Source of the DNA: Collodictyon triciliatum
Taxonomy: Eukaryota
Assembly (NCBI GenBank): GCA_043381765.1
Contig: JBHJMP010001012.1
Coordinates: 1-35,708 of the forward strand
Length of the DNA: 35,708 nucleotides
Direction: 5' to 3'
Within the stretch, counting starts at the first letter, position 1. Each line of letters starts with the position of its first letter. The translations under genes and the position numbers were made by a program. Shown piece after piece: positions 34,298-35,708 of this stretch. The notes beneath the pieces are model-generated. The model searched no databases, had not been told where the DNA came from, and saw only the letters and a program-made list of their open reading frames with translations.

Positions 34298-35543
34298 AAC
34301 TCGCTACTAAGTCTAAGGCCCTGGAAGAGACGAAGCACCGTGAGTCAAAGCTACAAGAGAGTCTCGTGAGTTCAGTGGCTATGATGAAGAGCATTTTTTT
34401 TCAATGAACCATCTAATACCTTGCTTATAAAAAAAATACAGAGATATAAGGCAGGATTTGAGGAGGAACAAGGATTAAGGATATTCTCCTTGCAGGTTGA
34501 ATCTCCTCTCCGACACTCAACATAAAATCCAAAAGTTAATACCGTGAATGATGGTATTCCTTCGGCTTAAATAATAAATTTTTTCATCGAGTAAAATAAC
34601 GTAGAATAATGGAATAGCACCTGAAAATCTTTCGCTTGACTATTGAATTACATTAACATGGATTGCTGGCTCTGTAATTGAAGCGAAACTGGTACAATCC
34701 AATATAGAAAGAAGTCCAACAGGCTAGGAGTACGATCGATAAACTGACGGAGGCTAATCGCACTCTGGAACAAAGTAACGACAACTTCGAAAGACGGGAT
34801 CGGTAATAATAGTGATATCATAATCCTTAGTGCATGAATATACGAATTTCCTGTCCAATATTCGCTCTATATATGATTTACTATTACTGCATTCTGGTTC
34901 ACGATGGTAATTGTCAAATACACATTTTAGAGAAAACATGGCCTTAATAGACGATATTTCAATAAAGTACGAAAATGCATTTGAGCAGCTCGTTATTCTT
35001 AGGGTTGTTAATTGGAATTCTATTCAAGATTTGTGTTTACCTCACTCGTGATTTTACTTAACCACATCAGTATTGGAAATATATTTCATAGAATGGAGCT
35101 CATTTTGATAACTAGACGCTGGGAATAATCCGAAATCATTTTAATTTACACACATATTAAAAAAAGGAAGAATATAATGAGGACAAAGCTCAAAGTTCTG
35201 AGATAATACAGAGACTCAAAGATGAGCTACGAGGTACGCAAAAAGATATAAAGGAAAACAAGAGAAAAGTTACAATCACTTCATTCACTCATATTCATTT
35301 TCTCTTCATTTTCTCATCTTTTCTTCTTTTATTTAAAATTAATGTGGATTTATTTAGAATCACTGAATTACTGTTGTCCTATTGCTAGACCTTCAATCTG
35401 AGCTTAATGCGCTGCAAAAGCGGCATTCATCATCGGAATCAGACAAGGGCTCGAACGATAAAAATGATCACTCGTCTCCAAAACCACCCGCCGATAACAG
35501 CATTACTAAACCCACTCTTACTGATATCCCGATGTCACCTGTG
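34298..35543 (+). CDS. Partial spliced gene for a coiled-coil protein; start in or before the gap, probably continues beyond the window
   Basis: AG..GT-bounded exons encoding ELATKSKALEETKHRESKLQESL, RYKAGFEEEQGLRIFSLQ, ENMALIDDISIKYENAFEQL, EEYNEDKAQSSEIIQRLKDELR and DLQSELNALQKRHSSSESDK...PMSPV. No family recognised. Confidence 0.7.
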
Positions 35544-35708
35544 GTAATCATTAGAAGAAGAAAAAAGGATTGGCGTGATAATATTGCTACATATTTATTT
35601 CAGTCATCGACGTATATCATAAACTCTCCTTACCATATCGTGTGATAAAGAGTTTATGTCACATACATGCATGCATAAATCCAGAATCAATCATCATAAA
35701 TCAAAGAG

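Overview
Intron-rich eukaryotic (protist-like) genomic DNA using the standard code (genes end in TAA/TAG), with three N gaps and many microsatellites. Six spliced genes were reconstructed by hand: (1) a cytosolic LRR + (AEEARK)17 helical linker + non-RD TKL kinase + 2 SAM-like domain protein (+, 68-3237); (2) DDX1 DEAD-box/SPRY helicase (+, 11703-17415); (3) a PPEF/RdgC-type PPP phosphatase with about 6 EF-hands (-, 17555-23787); (4) a coiled-coil + NHL-repeat protein (-, 24827 to about 27318); (5) a predicted myristoylated coiled-coil-GRAM-cNMP-binding-PP2C fusion phosphatase (-, 27984-32708); (6) a partial coiled-coil gene (+, from about 34298, probably running off the window). The apparently empty AT-rich stretch from 3.9 to 11.2 kb appears to hide a seventh gene on the minus strand, built from very short exons that the ORF track misses. 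Best leads: the immune-receptor-like LRR/non-RD kinase, the candidate cyclic-nucleotide-regulated PP2C, and the cryptic micro-exon gene. All domain calls are by motif recognition; no database search was run.
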